NCBI GenBank assembly: GCA_963681965.1
Contig: OY820579.1
Span: forward strand, 160,001 to 224,000
DNA length: 64,000 bases
From: a bacterium
GTDB lineage: Bacteria > Electryoneota > JAOADG01
Direction of reading: 5' to 3'
Shown: positions 50,229 through 64,000 of the stretch, piece after piece
Numbering within the stretch: position 1 is the first letter of the stretch
Layout of the letters: each line of letters begins with the position of its first letter
Made by a program: the position numbers and the translations under genes
Notes under the pieces: model-generated
What the model was told of the DNA's origin: nothing
What the model saw: the letters and a program-made list of their open reading frames with translations, nothing else
Databases searched by the model: none

Positions 50229-50677
50229 CGGTTGCTCCCAGCCGGCGGTTTTTCGAATAAAATTTCTGTGACAATTTCAACGATCCGTTCGCGCGTAACC
50301 GGTCGTTCTTCTTCTCTTGCGGCGTAGACCAATGCATTGTCGACATCGAGTGCAGTGATAATACCAGTGCGTTGCATTTGCAACAAGATTTGTTCCGCTT
50401 CCGTCGACAACATCATCCGTTCGTGACGGGTCAATATCCGCCAAGTACCGGCACTCGGTTCACGAACGATGGCGTTGATATTCGCTCGTGCATTGGGTTC
50501 AAGTCGTCGTTGCAACAAATCGATTGCCGCAGCAATTTCTTGCGACGAAAACCCTTGACGGCTTAGTAATTCCGAAACAAGACTCAACTCTTCGACGGTA
50601 AAATTACTTCGCTGCAGCTCCGACAGTACAACCGCCAGCGCTTCCATAATATTGGTGTTCATTCGATTATTCCTCAC
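50225..50677 (-). CDS. smg: Smg/DUF494 family protein
   Basis: L...GF...EI..A, RILT..E...LS.EA...L, and conserved position just upstream of topA. Exact start uncertain. Confidence 0.75.
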   Translation of the reverse strand: MRNNRMNTNIMEALAVVLSELQRSNFTVEELSLVSELLSRQGFSSQEIAAAIDLLQRRLEPNARANINAIVREPSAGTWRILTRHERMMLSTEAEQILLQMQRTGIITALDVDNALVYAAREEERPVTRERIVEIVTEILFEKPPAGSNR

Positions 50678-50731
50678 CGATTATCGGATGCAATCCTGTT
50701 ACTCAAACCTATTCGATAACCGTTTTAAACT

Positions 50732-53794
<3,063 letters not shown>

Positions 53795-53950
53795 TTATCG
53801 TTTCCTTAAATCTCGTTAACAGTAATCGATTTACCGTTGATTGCCAATTTTAAAAAGAAATCGGCACTTTGTGAAAAATTGTATGAAACGCCGTTCATGC
53901 AAAAAAAAAGCAATCAACTCAATTCAAATTAACTCGTCCGCCAACGGCAA

Positions 53951-54631
53951 TTATTGACCGTTCAACAGGCGATCCGCTAGAAATCGAGGCAGTTTAGCGC
54001 GAATAATTTTTTGCCGCGCAGCCTCGATATCGTAATCAATACGTGAAAAGTCCAATTGTCCAGTTGTTTCGTCCAAAATCGCATAACTCGCGCGAGGATC
54101 ACCATCGCGCGGTTGACCGACGGAACCGACATTGATCATTTCCACGTCGTTCGCATTTTTATACCGATACGATTCGTGCGTATGACCGACAAAACACGAG
54201 CGGATCGACAGGTCCAATCCTTCCAGTTGCCGTCTCGCTTCCGATTCAGTAAAGATATAATTCCATGCCTCCGGCGATCGCGGGGAAGCATGAACATACA
54301 ATCGATCGGCATCTTGCTGCATCAGCGGTAGATCTTTCAACCACTGTTTGTTGCTTTCCGACAAAGCGTATCTTGTCCACAAAATCGCTTGTCGCGCTAC
54401 CGGATTGAAATCGTCGGGACTGGTTTCTTGCGCCGCAGCTTCATCGTGATTGCCTAGAACCACAATTTTGCACCGTTCGCGAATGATGTCGACACATTTA
54501 TCCGGATCCGCACCATACCCGACGATATCACCAAGGCAAATCCATTCCCGAATACTTCGGGATGCGCCATCGGAAAGCACTGCCCAAAGTGCGTCCCAAT
54601 TCCCATGGATGTCCGAGATGATACCAATCAT
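53951..54631 (-). CDS. Metallophosphoesterase (calcineurin-like)
   Basis: SDIHGN, LGDIVGYG, GNHD, HASP, GHTH, NVGSVGQPRDGDPRA. Confidence 0.93.
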   Translation of the reverse strand: MIGIISDIHGNWDALWAVLSDGASRSIREWICLGDIVGYGADPDKCVDIIRERCKIVVLGNHDEAAAQETSPDDFNPVARQAILWTRYALSESNKQWLKDLPLMQQDADRLYVHASPRSPEAWNYIFTESEARRQLEGLDLSIRSCFVGHTHESYRYKNANDVEMINVGSVGQPRDGDPRASYAILDETTGQLDFSRIDYDIEAARQKIIRAKLPRFLADRLLNGQ

Positions 54632-54693
54632 TTCCGATCCGGAAAATATTTCACAATTTATACAACCGCAGCCAAATACTCAATTCGAAACAA

Positions 54694-55269
54694 CTATTCT
54701 TTTTTCGGTTGTCGATCACTCAATGCAGCATCAAGGATACCATTGATAAATCGACCCGATTGTGTCGTCGAGAATTCCTTAGCCAGCTCGATCGCCTCAT
54801 TTAATACTACTTTTGGTGGCGTCTCTTCCATATGGATTAATTCGCATAACGCCAACCGCAATAACAAATGATCGGTAAGAGCCAACCGGTCGATCGTCCA
54901 ACGTTCCACCCGGCGCGTAATTTCTTCGTCGAGCACGGTAGTTAATTCCATCGTTCGTCGAAGCAACCGCTGTAAGAACTCGATGTGCCGTTGTTCCCCG
55001 GTAATTTTCGCTTGCGACCATTGTTCCGTAAGCGTTTTTCCGGTCAATTCGATATTGTACACAATTTGTAATGCCACTCGACGCGCATTATGCCGGCTGA
55101 CCACTGCCTCAAAATCGATTATGCCATCATCTTCGTTCGTAACGGAATCGCGCGAAACCAAGACTTCGCGTTTTTTTCGCTTCACGGCTTGCGACGGCGG
55201 AGGAGTGCTATTTGCCGCCTCCGCTTCAGGCGGTACTCGGGTTGTACGTTTCATACGTACATCGACCAA
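54694..55269 (-). CDS. nusB: Transcription antitermination factor NusB
   Basis: RHNARRVALQ, W..DRL...D..LLRLA..E, P.KVVLNEAIELAK.FS...SG.FINGILD. Confidence 0.95.
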   Translation of the reverse strand: MVDVRMKRTTRVPPEAEAANSTPPPSQAVKRKKREVLVSRDSVTNEDDGIIDFEAVVSRHNARRVALQIVYNIELTGKTLTEQWSQAKITGEQRHIEFLQRLLRRTMELTTVLDEEITRRVERWTIDRLALTDHLLLRLALCELIHMEETPPKVVLNEAIELAKEFSTTQSGRFINGILDAALSDRQPKKE

Positions 55270-55424
55270 TCGACTTTACCGGTGTCATTCTTCCAACCGA
55301 AGAACATACTACCGATCCCGATTAATTTCTTATCGAATCCGGTAGGGAAATTGTTCGCAAAAAACATGCAAACGTCCTTTCTAAAATCGAGTGGCGAAGT
55401 GCAATCACAAGGCTCTCGACAAGA

Positions 55425-56567
55425 CTATCGACCTAACAGTGCATTTGAAAGAATAAATCGTTGTACTTCACTGGTACCTTCGTAAATCTCGCACACTTTA
55501 CTATCACGCAGATGTCGTTCCGCCGGGTAGTCCTTCATATATCCGGCACCACCATGGATTTGAACGCCTTCCGACGCTACTTCGACGCAAATCTGCGAGG
55601 CATACAATTTTGCCATCGCTGCTTCGACAGTAAAGTTTTTTCCCTGATCTTTCAACCAAGCCGCACGGTGAATAAGTAACCGCGATGCATCGATTTTCAT
55701 TAACATATCGGCGAATTTGAAGCGTATCGCCTGAAAATTAGTAATGGGTTGATTGAATTGCTGCCGTTGCAATCCATAAACTTTCGCATCTTCCATCGCC
55801 GAGACGGCAATTCCGATCGCTTGGGAGGCAATTCCAATTCGCCCCGAATCGAGAACCGTCAAAGCAATTTTAAAGCCATCACCAATATTTCCGAGCAAAT
55901 TCTCCTTCGGAACGATACAGTTGTCGAACACGATCTGTGCCGTATCACTCGCTCGAATCCCCAATTTTTCTTCTTTTTTACCGACGATAAATCCGGGAAA
56001 TGTTTTCTCTACCAGAAAAGTGCTGGTTCCTTTAGATCCTTTGCCGGGATCGGTCACACAAGTCACGACAAACACATCGGCATTGGCACCGGTCGTAATG
56101 AAGTTCTTGGTTCCATTCAGTTCGAAATGATCTCCGCGATCAATGGCAACTGTTTTTTGAGCTGCCGCATCGGAACCAGCCTCAGGCTCCGTGAGCATAA
56201 AACCGCCGAGCCACTCACCACTGGCTAATTTCGGAAGATACTTTTGTTTTTGTTCAGGGGTTCCAAATTTGGCGATTGGATATCCACAGAGGGTATTCGT
56301 TACCGAGAGAATTACACCGACACTAGCATCACCGGCGGAAATTTCTTCAATCATCAGCGAATAGCAAATAGTGTCCATGCCTGCGCCACCGTACTCCTCC
56401 GGCAATTGTATGCCGCAGAAGCCCAACGCCGCGAGCTGGTTAATCTCATCGCGGGGGAAAGTTTCGGTCTCGTCGCGCCAAGTAGCCTTGGGTGCAAGAA
56501 CTTCACGAGCAAAAGTACGGGCAGTATCCCGTACCATTTTCTGCTCGTCGGTCAATTCAAAGTGCAT
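55425..56567 (-). CDS. Acyl-CoA dehydrogenase (butyryl-CoA dehydrogenase-like)
   Basis: LTEPEAGSDA, LNGTKNFIT, KLGIRASDT, GRIGIA.QA.G, QIHGGAGY, EIYEGTSEVQR. Confidence 0.95.
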   Translation of the reverse strand: MHFELTDEQKMVRDTARTFAREVLAPKATWRDETETFPRDEINQLAALGFCGIQLPEEYGGAGMDTICYSLMIEEISAGDASVGVILSVTNTLCGYPIAKFGTPEQKQKYLPKLASGEWLGGFMLTEPEAGSDAAAQKTVAIDRGDHFELNGTKNFITTGANADVFVVTCVTDPGKGSKGTSTFLVEKTFPGFIVGKKEEKLGIRASDTAQIVFDNCIVPKENLLGNIGDGFKIALTVLDSGRIGIASQAIGIAVSAMEDAKVYGLQRQQFNQPITNFQAIRFKFADMLMKIDASRLLIHRAAWLKDQGKNFTVEAAMAKLYASQICVEVASEGVQIHGGAGYMKDYPAERHLRDSKVCEIYEGTSEVQRFILSNALLGR

Positions 56568-56825
56568 GAACAACTCCCATCGGTTTTCAATTTACAAAAA
56601 AAACGAGTGCAAGCTCAAATACTTGATTTTGAGCCGTTCTCGATTTCCGGTTTATGTAGTTACTACACGTAGGTACGTATTATTCGCAGTGATTCACACC
56701 ATTTTCGAGCAATTTTGCAACTTTTCTACAAAAACTCTCGTTACTCTCAAGCATGTGAAAACTCGAACAAGAAAAGAGGCGAAAGCAATCCTTCCGCCTC
56801 TGGAATACTTGAACTCGACATGAGA

Positions 56826-57680
56826 TTACTGGTACTCGTAGAAACCACGACCGGTTTTCCGACCCAAATATCCAGCATCAACCATTTTTCTTAGCAATGG
56901 ACACGGTCGATATTTACTATCGCCTAATCCGTTGTGAAGTACTTCCATGATTGCAAGGCAGACATCGAGACCGATGAAATCCGCCAACGTCAACGGTCCC
57001 ATGGGATGTGCCATACCCAATTTCATGATTTCGTCGATCGCCTCGCGAGTGGCGACCCCTTCATATAATGCATAGACCGCCTCGTTGATCATCGGCATCA
57101 GGATGCGATTTGCGATAAATCCGGGGTAATCATTGACAGAAACAGGTACTTTACCCATTTTTTTTGCGGTTTCTTCCACAATTTGATAGGTTTCGTCGGA
57201 AGTCGCGATCCCGCGGATGACTTCGACCAACTTCATCATTGGCACCGGATTCATGAAGTGCATCCCGATAAATTTGTCGGGTGCCTTTGTTGCCGCAGCT
57301 AATTTTGTAATTGAGATTGACGAAGTATTCGATGCGAGGATCGCACCCGGTTTAGCTTTCTCGTTGATTTCTTTGAGAATGGCAAACTTCAAAGATTCAA
57401 TTTCCGGTACTGCTTCGATGATCAGATCACCCTTAGCCACTTGATCTAAGCCTACTACAGTAACCAGTCGAGCTAAAGTTGCGGCTTTATCTTCTTCCGA
57501 AAGTGTCCCCTTGCTCACTTGTCGGTCAAGATTTTTAGTGATTGTTTTTAACGCTCGATCCAAAAATTCTTGTTTTACATCGCATAAAATTGTTTGAAAA
57601 CCGGATTGCGCCGCAACATGCGCGATCCCATTTCCCATCGTTCCTGCACCGATCACGACGATGGTGTCGACCGTTGCCAT
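56826..57680 (-). CDS. hbd: 3-hydroxybutyryl-CoA dehydrogenase
   Basis: [60 protein letters not shown]. Confidence 0.95.
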   Translation of the reverse strand: MATVDTIVVIGAGTMGNGIAHVAAQSGFQTILCDVKQEFLDRALKTITKNLDRQVSKGTLSEEDKAATLARLVTVVGLDQVAKGDLIIEAVPEIESLKFAILKEINEKAKPGAILASNTSSISITKLAAATKAPDKFIGMHFMNPVPMMKLVEVIRGIATSDETYQIVEETAKKMGKVPVSVNDYPGFIANRILMPMINEAVYALYEGVATREAIDEIMKLGMAHPMGPLTLADFIGLDVCLAIMEVLHNGLGDSKYRPCPLLRKMVDAGYLGRKTGRGFYEYQ

Positions 57681-57708
57681 GAATTCCCCCCGCGATTGAT
57701 TAGATACG

Positions 57709-59946
57709 TTACTTTAATAACACGAGTTTAGTGGTTCCCCGATAATGGGTAGTAGAGAGTACGACAAAATAGCTCCCCGAAGCGAGATTCTCGCCGTTAA
57801 ATGATACGATTTGTTTGCCGGATTGACAGTATTGATTGACAATCGAACGAACTTTCCGTCCTTGAATATCGAACAAAACAAGCGAAACAAATTCGGATCG
57901 AGGCAGATCGAACAAAATTTTAGTAGTTGCATTGAATGGGTTGGGATATGCACTCGCCGCTTGGTACTTGATCGGTAATGTTTCCCTCCCGGATGATTGC
58001 ACTCCGGTGGTTCCATCGTCGATTCGGACGTGATCGACAAAGGGGTTTACGAACCCGGAATCGGAAACCGAATAAAACGAGATTCGGACACTTGATTGGT
58101 TTGAATAGCTAGACAAAGAAATCTCAGAGTGTTCCCAACCGGTTGAATTGCTTAAGGTTGCTAAATTACTCCATGTGATTCCGTCATCAGTTGAAATCGC
58201 TACTTCCAGTGGTGCATTGGTTCCGACCGTATCATGCATTTTGCACCAATTGAAGCTCAGCCTTGCATTGGGGTGATTTCGCAATGAAACGACTGGCGTA
58301 CTGAGGCGACTTCCGGTGCCGGGCGCGCCGGAAACACCGAAGAAACACGCGGAGTAAGCACCATGCGGTGACATTCCCGGACCAAATTCAAAACCCGATC
58401 CACGGATCCACGTACAGGTATCTCGAACTGGTTCGATCATCCAACCACTTGGCGGAAAGGTCGTCTCAAATGATTCATTTAGTATCGCATCATCTGTCAA
58501 CTGCATTGCGGCAAAAGGATCGATACAACCGCTACCTAACATTCCGATCATCGCAGTGTCATTCTCATTATTGACATTTCGACTCGTGGACAGAATTCGC
58601 TGCTCAAATTGTTCCAATGTGATCGAAGGTGTCTGACACAGGAGCAGTGAAGCGGCGGCGGCAGCCATTGGCGTTGCCATCGATGTTCCGCTCCAGCAAC
58701 TGTAGTCTTCGGAATGATAGCGGTTATTAACCATGGTCGACCAAATATCGACACCGGGAGCAGCCAGCCGAACCCACGATCCGTACGTCGAAAAATCCGC
58801 TCGACGATACCCGCGATCCAGCGCCGCAACCGATATTACATGATTATTACCTGCCGGATACATCACTTGATTAGTATTGTTATTACCCGCTCCGGCAAAT
58901 ACCGAGCAGTTGTTCGATCGCGCATAATCGATCGCAGTTTGATAAGGTGGATATGAGCGTGTTCCAGCAAAACTGATGCTGATGATCCGACATCCGCGAT
59001 TCACGGCATATTGAATCGCATCGACGAAGTCGGCAGGCATACCAGCACCAGCTAACACGCTGTCGGTAGATAAGTAAGCAAACCCGGCACGGATACAAAT
59101 CGTTTGCACGTTGTGACTGGCAGATACAATACCGATACCATTATTCGTCGCTCCAGCGAGAATTCCGGCAACATGCGTTCCGTGACCATGGACATCCATC
59201 GGATTGTTGTTTCGAGCCCCGTATTGCTCCCCTTCGGCAGCAATGACGGTCGAATCGAGAAAGTAGCTGCTGAAATTATAACCGATCACATCGTCGTCGA
59301 AACCGTTGTCGTCGTCATCGAAATTGTCGTTATCGGCTGATGTCAGGCGACCATCGCTGTTTAAATCTTCAAGGGTATTCACACGGATATTCGGAATCAG
59401 ATCGGGGTGATTGAAATCGACGCCCGTATCGATCGTTGCAACCAAAATGGACCGACTACCGGTTTGATGATCCCAAGCTTCGCGACAATTTATTTCATCG
59501 AGATACCACTCGTTGCGATTCTCGACACGCCAATCGTTAGGGGTGGAGATTGCATCGTCCATCGGAACGATCGAAGCGTTTTCGATATCGGGAATCGTTT
59601 TCAATTGTTCGGCAAGATCTTGTTCGTCGATAATTCCGAATTTACGCGGAACCCGGATGAGATAATCCCGATCCATTCCCAAATCAAAAAAAACTTGTTT
59701 CTTCGTAGAAATTGGATCGAAATAGAATTGGGGTTCGAGCTGTTTCACCCGAAGTTCCTTCAAGATTGCATCCAACTGTAGCACACCAGTCGGACAATCA
59801 ATCCAACCCTTGGAAGTGCGATGGAGTTGGGAACTTGCCGATTCTGAAAACCGGAACCATACGATATTGGTGGCATGATCGAGTGGGTAACTGGAAGCGA
59901 TCGTTGCGGAAATGAGAATGAACCATAGCGTAATTGCCCTTGACAT
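57709..59946 (-). CDS. S8 subtilisin-like serine peptidase with adhesin-like domain and T9SS-like CTD
   Basis: Catalytic triad motifs VATIDTG / HGHGTHVAG / [20 protein letters not shown] domain. YPNPFNATT...KLVLLK. Start set at MSRAITLW. Confidence 0.92.
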   Translation of the reverse strand: MSRAITLWFILISATIASSYPLDHATNIVWFRFSESASSQLHRTSKGWIDCPTGVLQLDAILKELRVKQLEPQFYFDPISTKKQVFFDLGMDRDYLIRVPRKFGIIDEQDLAEQLKTIPDIENASIVPMDDAISTPNDWRVENRNEWYLDEINCREAWDHQTGSRSILVATIDTGVDFNHPDLIPNIRVNTLEDLNSDGRLTSADNDNFDDDDNGFDDDVIGYNFSSYFLDSTVIAAEGEQYGARNNNPMDVHGHGTHVAGILAGATNNGIGIVSASHNVQTICIRAGFAYLSTDSVLAGAGMPADFVDAIQYAVNRGCRIISISFAGTRSYPPYQTAIDYARSNNCSVFAGAGNNNTNQVMYPAGNNHVISVAALDRGYRRADFSTYGSWVRLAAPGVDIWSTMVNNRYHSEDYSCWSGTSMATPMAAAAASLLLCQTPSITLEQFEQRILSTSRNVNNENDTAMIGMLGSGCIDPFAAMQLTDDAILNESFETTFPPSGWMIEPVRDTCTWIRGSGFEFGPGMSPHGAYSACFFGVSGAPGTGSRLSTPVVSLRNHPNARLSFNWCKMHDTVGTNAPLEVAISTDDGITWSNLATLSNSTGWEHSEISLSSYSNQSSVRISFYSVSDSGFVNPFVDHVRIDDGTTGVQSSGRETLPIKYQAASAYPNPFNATTKILFDLPRSEFVSLVLFDIQGRKVRSIVNQYCQSGKQIVSFNGENLASGSYFVVLSTTHYRGTTKLVLLK

Positions 59947-60119
59947 GGATACTCCCTTCATGAGTAGTTCGAACAAGATTCAACGTCAATGTATCAGAGT
60001 ATACAATGATCGAGAACAAATTAGTGATATCTGGATCACATTGATCTCCATTTTGCCTTGCTTCAATGTAAGTTAGATCACACAAAAGTGCTCTGAGGAT
60101 TCCGAGAGTAGTGAAGATT

Positions 60120-62804
60120 TCATCCGGTATTTCGCATCCCCGCTGCAACTGCGATAATCGTCTGTAACAATCCCATCTGTACAAATGCTTCGACGGATTC
60201 GTCGGTTTGAAATCGAAGTCGACGGAGCAGCTCTGCTTCGATCAATGCCAGTGCACGCAAATGGTAGGCGCGCATTGTCAACGAGGTCTGAAACAACGGT
60301 AACCGTACGAGTGGGTCGGCAGTATTCAACTCTACAAGAAATCGAAGAGTTTCTTCATATTCATCCTTCAGTTCATGTTGAAGCCGTTCATTTTCGTTTT
60401 GGTCCAATTGATAAAACGACTCTGCCGCCTGAAAATCAACTAATGCAGTCGTGATCGTGAGTTTTGTGACCAATGATTGCAATAAGGGGTGTGTTTGAAA
60501 TTGATGTTTGACAATATTCCACAGTTCCGGATTCTTAGCCGTAAATTTTGCTGCCGTTCCAAAGCCAAACCATGCCGGTAAGAGCAACCGATTCTGTTGC
60601 CAACCAAATACCCAAGGGATTGCCCGAAAATCTTCGATCCGACTCGAATTCTGTCTTTTGGCGGGGCGACTACCGATGCGAAGTGCTTGAAGCTCGTTTA
60701 CCGGTGAAATTGCAGCAAAGAATGCCGGAAAATCGTCGTTGCGATATACTAACTCACGCCAACGCTTTTCTGCTTCTCGAGCAAATTCCGATGTTATTTC
60801 TTCTGGTGGTTCAGGCACTTGAGTTGCAGTAAGCGCAACGGCTGTCCCAGCCACCAATCGCTCTAAAACTCTCGCTGCTAAAATTGGATGGGTATAGCGA
60901 GTAGCAATCATTTCGCCTTGCTCGGTTAGTTTCCATGTACCCGTTCCAACGCTTGCCGGACTCGAGACGATTGCTTGATACAGTGGACCACCGCCACGTG
61001 CAATACTACCACCGCGACCATGGAACAGACGGACAGCGAGGTTATTTTTCGATCCGACCGCTTGAATTCGTCGAGCAGCACTGTCCAGTGCAAGCGTCGC
61101 TGCAACAATTCCGCCATCTTTTCCCGAATCGGAATAACCGAGCATGACGTCCTGAGTGTTATCAAGCTTTGTCAATCGGTCTCTCCAATGTGGTTCAGCA
61201 AACATTTTATCAAGAATCGTTGGCGCCGATGATAAATCTTTGGTGGTTTCGAATAAGGGTGAAATTCGGATTGGTGGAAGAGAGTTGGCTTTACTGGTAA
61301 AATGGTCAAGTAATATTGTAAGCCCAAATAACTCTTCCGATTGTTCGGTACCTGAGATAATTATAGTATCGAGTGCTTCTGGACCAAAAGTCAAGCGGAT
61401 CTCCGATAAGGCGATCAAACGCAGTACAATCGGATCATTCGCGAGAAGATCCCAATCTACTTTTGGACTAACACTCGTTCGGTACCAGTCTCCAATTATC
61501 TGTCGAATTTCTTGATCGGGTGCATCGGGAGTAGCTAAAACTTTCCGAAAGCAATTCATGATATCATTCGCATGTAGCCGGTGTTCCAATGTGGCAAAAT
61601 GGAATCCGAATTGACGAAGATTGTAGCGAAATTGCGTCAATGCTTCCGATAACCCGCTCTCTAGTGGAAAACACAGCTCTGCGATAGTTTTTAGATCGTG
61701 ATCCAACTCATCTGGCGATCTGTACTGCTCTTCATTCGGAGTTGGAGCATATTGCCAGCGATTATTTGGATTTAACTGGATTTCTTCTGAAGACAGTTTT
61801 AGTCGCTCTAGAATAATTTCCAGAATTCTTCGAATTGGTTCCCGACGATACCGATTCCCAAGTTTCGAAGTTGATAATGGTGCTCTTCCCGCTAGATCAC
61901 TTTCGAATGCAAACAATTGCTCTGGAAAAACGGCTAATCCTAAACTGGATGTAGCATCTTCGGCAAGGTGCTCGAGTTCGTCGGTAAGGTGGGTAAATGC
62001 CAATTTCCGCAAAGTAATCGCAGCATACCACATTGTTGCCGGTGTGATATTCGGGTTACCATCGGCATCGACTCCAACCCAGCATCCAAATCGGATCTGT
62101 GGAAGCCGACTAGGTTCAAAACTGTCATTAGCTTCTCCAAGCGCTGCGATTGCAGATCGTCGAAAAACACTGAGAGTCTCCCACATCATTGGCAACTGCA
62201 ATTCCAAATCTCGCATCTCGTCGATCGGCGTAACAACTTCCGATCGAATATCGCCGGTTTGCAGCAGTGTTGCGATCATCGATGATATTCGGTGTTCCGG
62301 AATCAACCGATAACGTTCCGACGATTGTTCACGTTCAGTCATTGCCCGAGAGATATTTTGAAGATGTCGCATAACGGATTTACGGCGAACTTCGGTAGGA
62401 TGCGCAGTAAACACTATTCGGAGATCTATGTTAGCCAGTGTGTTGCGAATTTCCGGATCGGATAAATTGGATTGCTCGCGCCATGCAGCTATAGTACCCG
62501 ATTCGGGTCGGGAATCGACAGATCGGTGAATGAGAATTCGTCGAAGACGGTGACGGTCTTCTGCCAGATTCCATAATTGAAAGAGAGTTGAAATTGCATG
62601 GGATAATTGGTATAGTTGCTCGGCAGATAGATTAAGTGCATCGATAGAAAGAAACTTTCCGGTTTGCATACTGGTAACAAAATCATCGAGCGCTGGATAC
62701 AGTAAAACCAACTTTTCACGCCAGACACTTTCTAGATATTCGCATTCGCCGATGAACAACTTCTGACGTTCAAACACAGTTGTCGCGTTCGCGTCACTCC
62801 CCAC
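60120..62804 (-). CDS. ppc: Phosphoenolpyruvate carboxylase (bacterial type)
   Basis: VFTAHPTE, PLFET, VMLGYSDSGKDGG, FHGRGGSIARGGGP, TEQGE, RAIPWVFGW, C-terminal GMRNTG. Confidence 0.95.
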   Translation of the reverse strand: MGSDANATTVFERQKLFIGECEYLESVWREKLVLLYPALDDFVTSMQTGKFLSIDALNLSAEQLYQLSHAISTLFQLWNLAEDRHRLRRILIHRSVDSRPESGTIAAWREQSNLSDPEIRNTLANIDLRIVFTAHPTEVRRKSVMRHLQNISRAMTEREQSSERYRLIPEHRISSMIATLLQTGDIRSEVVTPIDEMRDLELQLPMMWETLSVFRRSAIAALGEANDSFEPSRLPQIRFGCWVGVDADGNPNITPATMWYAAITLRKLAFTHLTDELEHLAEDATSSLGLAVFPEQLFAFESDLAGRAPLSTSKLGNRYRREPIRRILEIILERLKLSSEEIQLNPNNRWQYAPTPNEEQYRSPDELDHDLKTIAELCFPLESGLSEALTQFRYNLRQFGFHFATLEHRLHANDIMNCFRKVLATPDAPDQEIRQIIGDWYRTSVSPKVDWDLLANDPIVLRLIALSEIRLTFGPEALDTIIISGTEQSEELFGLTILLDHFTSKANSLPPIRISPLFETTKDLSSAPTILDKMFAEPHWRDRLTKLDNTQDVMLGYSDSGKDGGIVAATLALDSAARRIQAVGSKNNLAVRLFHGRGGSIARGGGPLYQAIVSSPASVGTGTWKLTEQGEMIATRYTHPILAARVLERLVAGTAVALTATQVPEPPEEITSEFAREAEKRWRELVYRNDDFPAFFAAISPVNELQALRIGSRPAKRQNSSRIEDFRAIPWVFGWQQNRLLLPAWFGFGTAAKFTAKNPELWNIVKHQFQTHPLLQSLVTKLTITTALVDFQAAESFYQLDQNENERLQHELKDEYEETLRFLVELNTADPLVRLPLFQTSLTMRAYHLRALALIEAELLRRLRFQTDESVEAFVQMGLLQTIIAVAAGMRNTG

Positions 62805-63170
62805 ATTTACCTCCGGGCAATCAATTTATTACTTTCAGCACTAACATGGTTCACACCGATCTATTCGATGTCCACTTCATTTTTCTGGAAACGCAGACGT
62901 TTAAAATCAAGTTATTTATCAAGATACTTTTTACTGATTGATTTTCTCTATCCATTTGCAGTAATTGTCATTTTTTTACGTTCTGGTATTCAGTAACGAT
63001 TCCAATGATTTACGCAAAATAAATGAACGAGCCAACAAGAAAATATACGAATCGGGATAAATCTTCCTTGTTTTCAACCTTCTCACTCATTACTCTTACT
63101 TACTACCGTATTCTGAAAACTTTTTGATCTTTCAGTTCGATCCATCCTTCACCAAACCAAAGGGGGTTGT

Positions 63171-64000
63171 ATGCGTTCAATTGTTTATGTTGTATTCTTT
63201 ACCCTAATTGCCTGCACTGCTTTTGCCACGATTCGTATTGTCGACAATTCGGCTTCCGCCATGACGGGAGCCTATACGACACTTCAAACCGCACACGATG
63301 CTGCAGTCGGTGGCGACACGTTATTCGTGATCGGAACAAATATCCAGTATGGCTCGCTGGTAAATAGTAAGAATTTAAAATGGTTCGGTCCCGGATTTTT
63401 TCTCTCCGAAAATCCCGAAACGCAAGCAAATACCGGTTCTGCACTAACTACCAACATCGAGCTTTCATCCGGCTCCGAAGGTAGTATGATCGTGGGATTT
63501 CAAACGCACGGTACGATCACAATCAATAGTAACAACATTTTGGTCCGAAGATGTTGCGTATTTACGGAGAATTCCGATTACAATTTTAATTTTGGATCTA
63601 TTTCCAATGTTGTAATAGAAGGGTGCTATGCCGTCAATAGTCGCATCTATTACGTCTATTCATCTTGTGTCAACCTTGCCTCGTCGCATAATGTCACAAT
63701 TCAAAACTGTTTTCTTCATGAAGTGAATGCGAACGAACACACTTCGATCGTGTCGAATTCCGATGGAGGGCCTTTTACAATTCGCAACAACGTGCTTTAC
63801 GGTTCACTCAGTCTCTATAATTCAAACATCGATAACAATATTCTACGTGCCGGTACTGTGACTGCCACTAGCAGCGGAATCCACAACAATCTCGCGAACT
63901 CAACGCAATTCGGTTCTGCAAATGGCAATCAAACGAGTGTCAATATGACCGAAGTATTTTTAGGCACTGGAAGTACCGACGGTCAGTGGCGACTTTCGGC
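63171..64000 (+). CDS. Secreted right-handed parallel beta-helix protein (3'-truncated; absent from ORF track)
   Basis: AAGGGGG then ATG at 63171: MRSIVYVVFFTLIACTAFA-TIRIVDNS...YTTLQTAHDAAVGGDTLFV.G...GPGFFL.EN. Later 'IQNC/IRNN/IDNN' repeats; no stop seen before the window end. Confidence 0.8.
   Translation, partial: MRSIVYVVFFTLIACTAFATIRIVDNSASAMTGAYTTLQTAHDAAVGGDTLFVIGTNIQYGSLVNSKNLKWFGPGFFLSENPETQANTGSALTTNIELSSGSEGSMIVGFQTHGTITINSNNILVRRCCVFTENSDYNFNFGSISNVVIEGCYAVNSRIYYVYSSCVNLASSHNVTIQNCFLHEVNANEHTSIVSNSDGGPFTIRNNVLYGSLSLYNSNIDNNILRAGTVTATSSGIHNNLANSTQFGSANGNQTSVNMTEVFLGTGSTDGQWRLS

Overview
Bacterial chromosomal window, probably from an FCB-superphylum lineage outside the well-studied Bacteroidota. 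This placement is inferred from seven proteins ending in T9SS type-A-like 'YPNP(F)N...(KIVLLK)' sorting domains, a gingipain-like C25 protein and a long-insert SecA. Housekeeping blocks (phosphohexomutase-deoC-ftsEX-hrcA-grpE-dnaJ; nusB-secA-smg-topA; acyl-CoA dehydrogenase-hbd; ppc; hflX) alternate with large modular secreted proteins, a ~18-heme NapC/NirT-type cytochrome c and a FIST/PAS hybrid kinase pair. The most striking signal is a diverse population of short GTAG/GGAG/GTGG-tagged palindromic repeats (REP/REPIN-like) plus a longer RPE-like palindrome. They cluster between genes and also sit in frame at three separate sites inside the N-terminal domain of an intact secreted SBBP-repeat protein (44389-47202), which has dense repeat clusters on both sides. 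Other oddities: HflX with 35 tandem 9-aa charged repeats, FtsE and a C25 peptidase with altered catalytic residues, and a frameshifted LVIVD gene. No rRNA, tRNA, CRISPR array, integrase or transposase was recognised. All calls come from reading motifs by eye; no searches were run.
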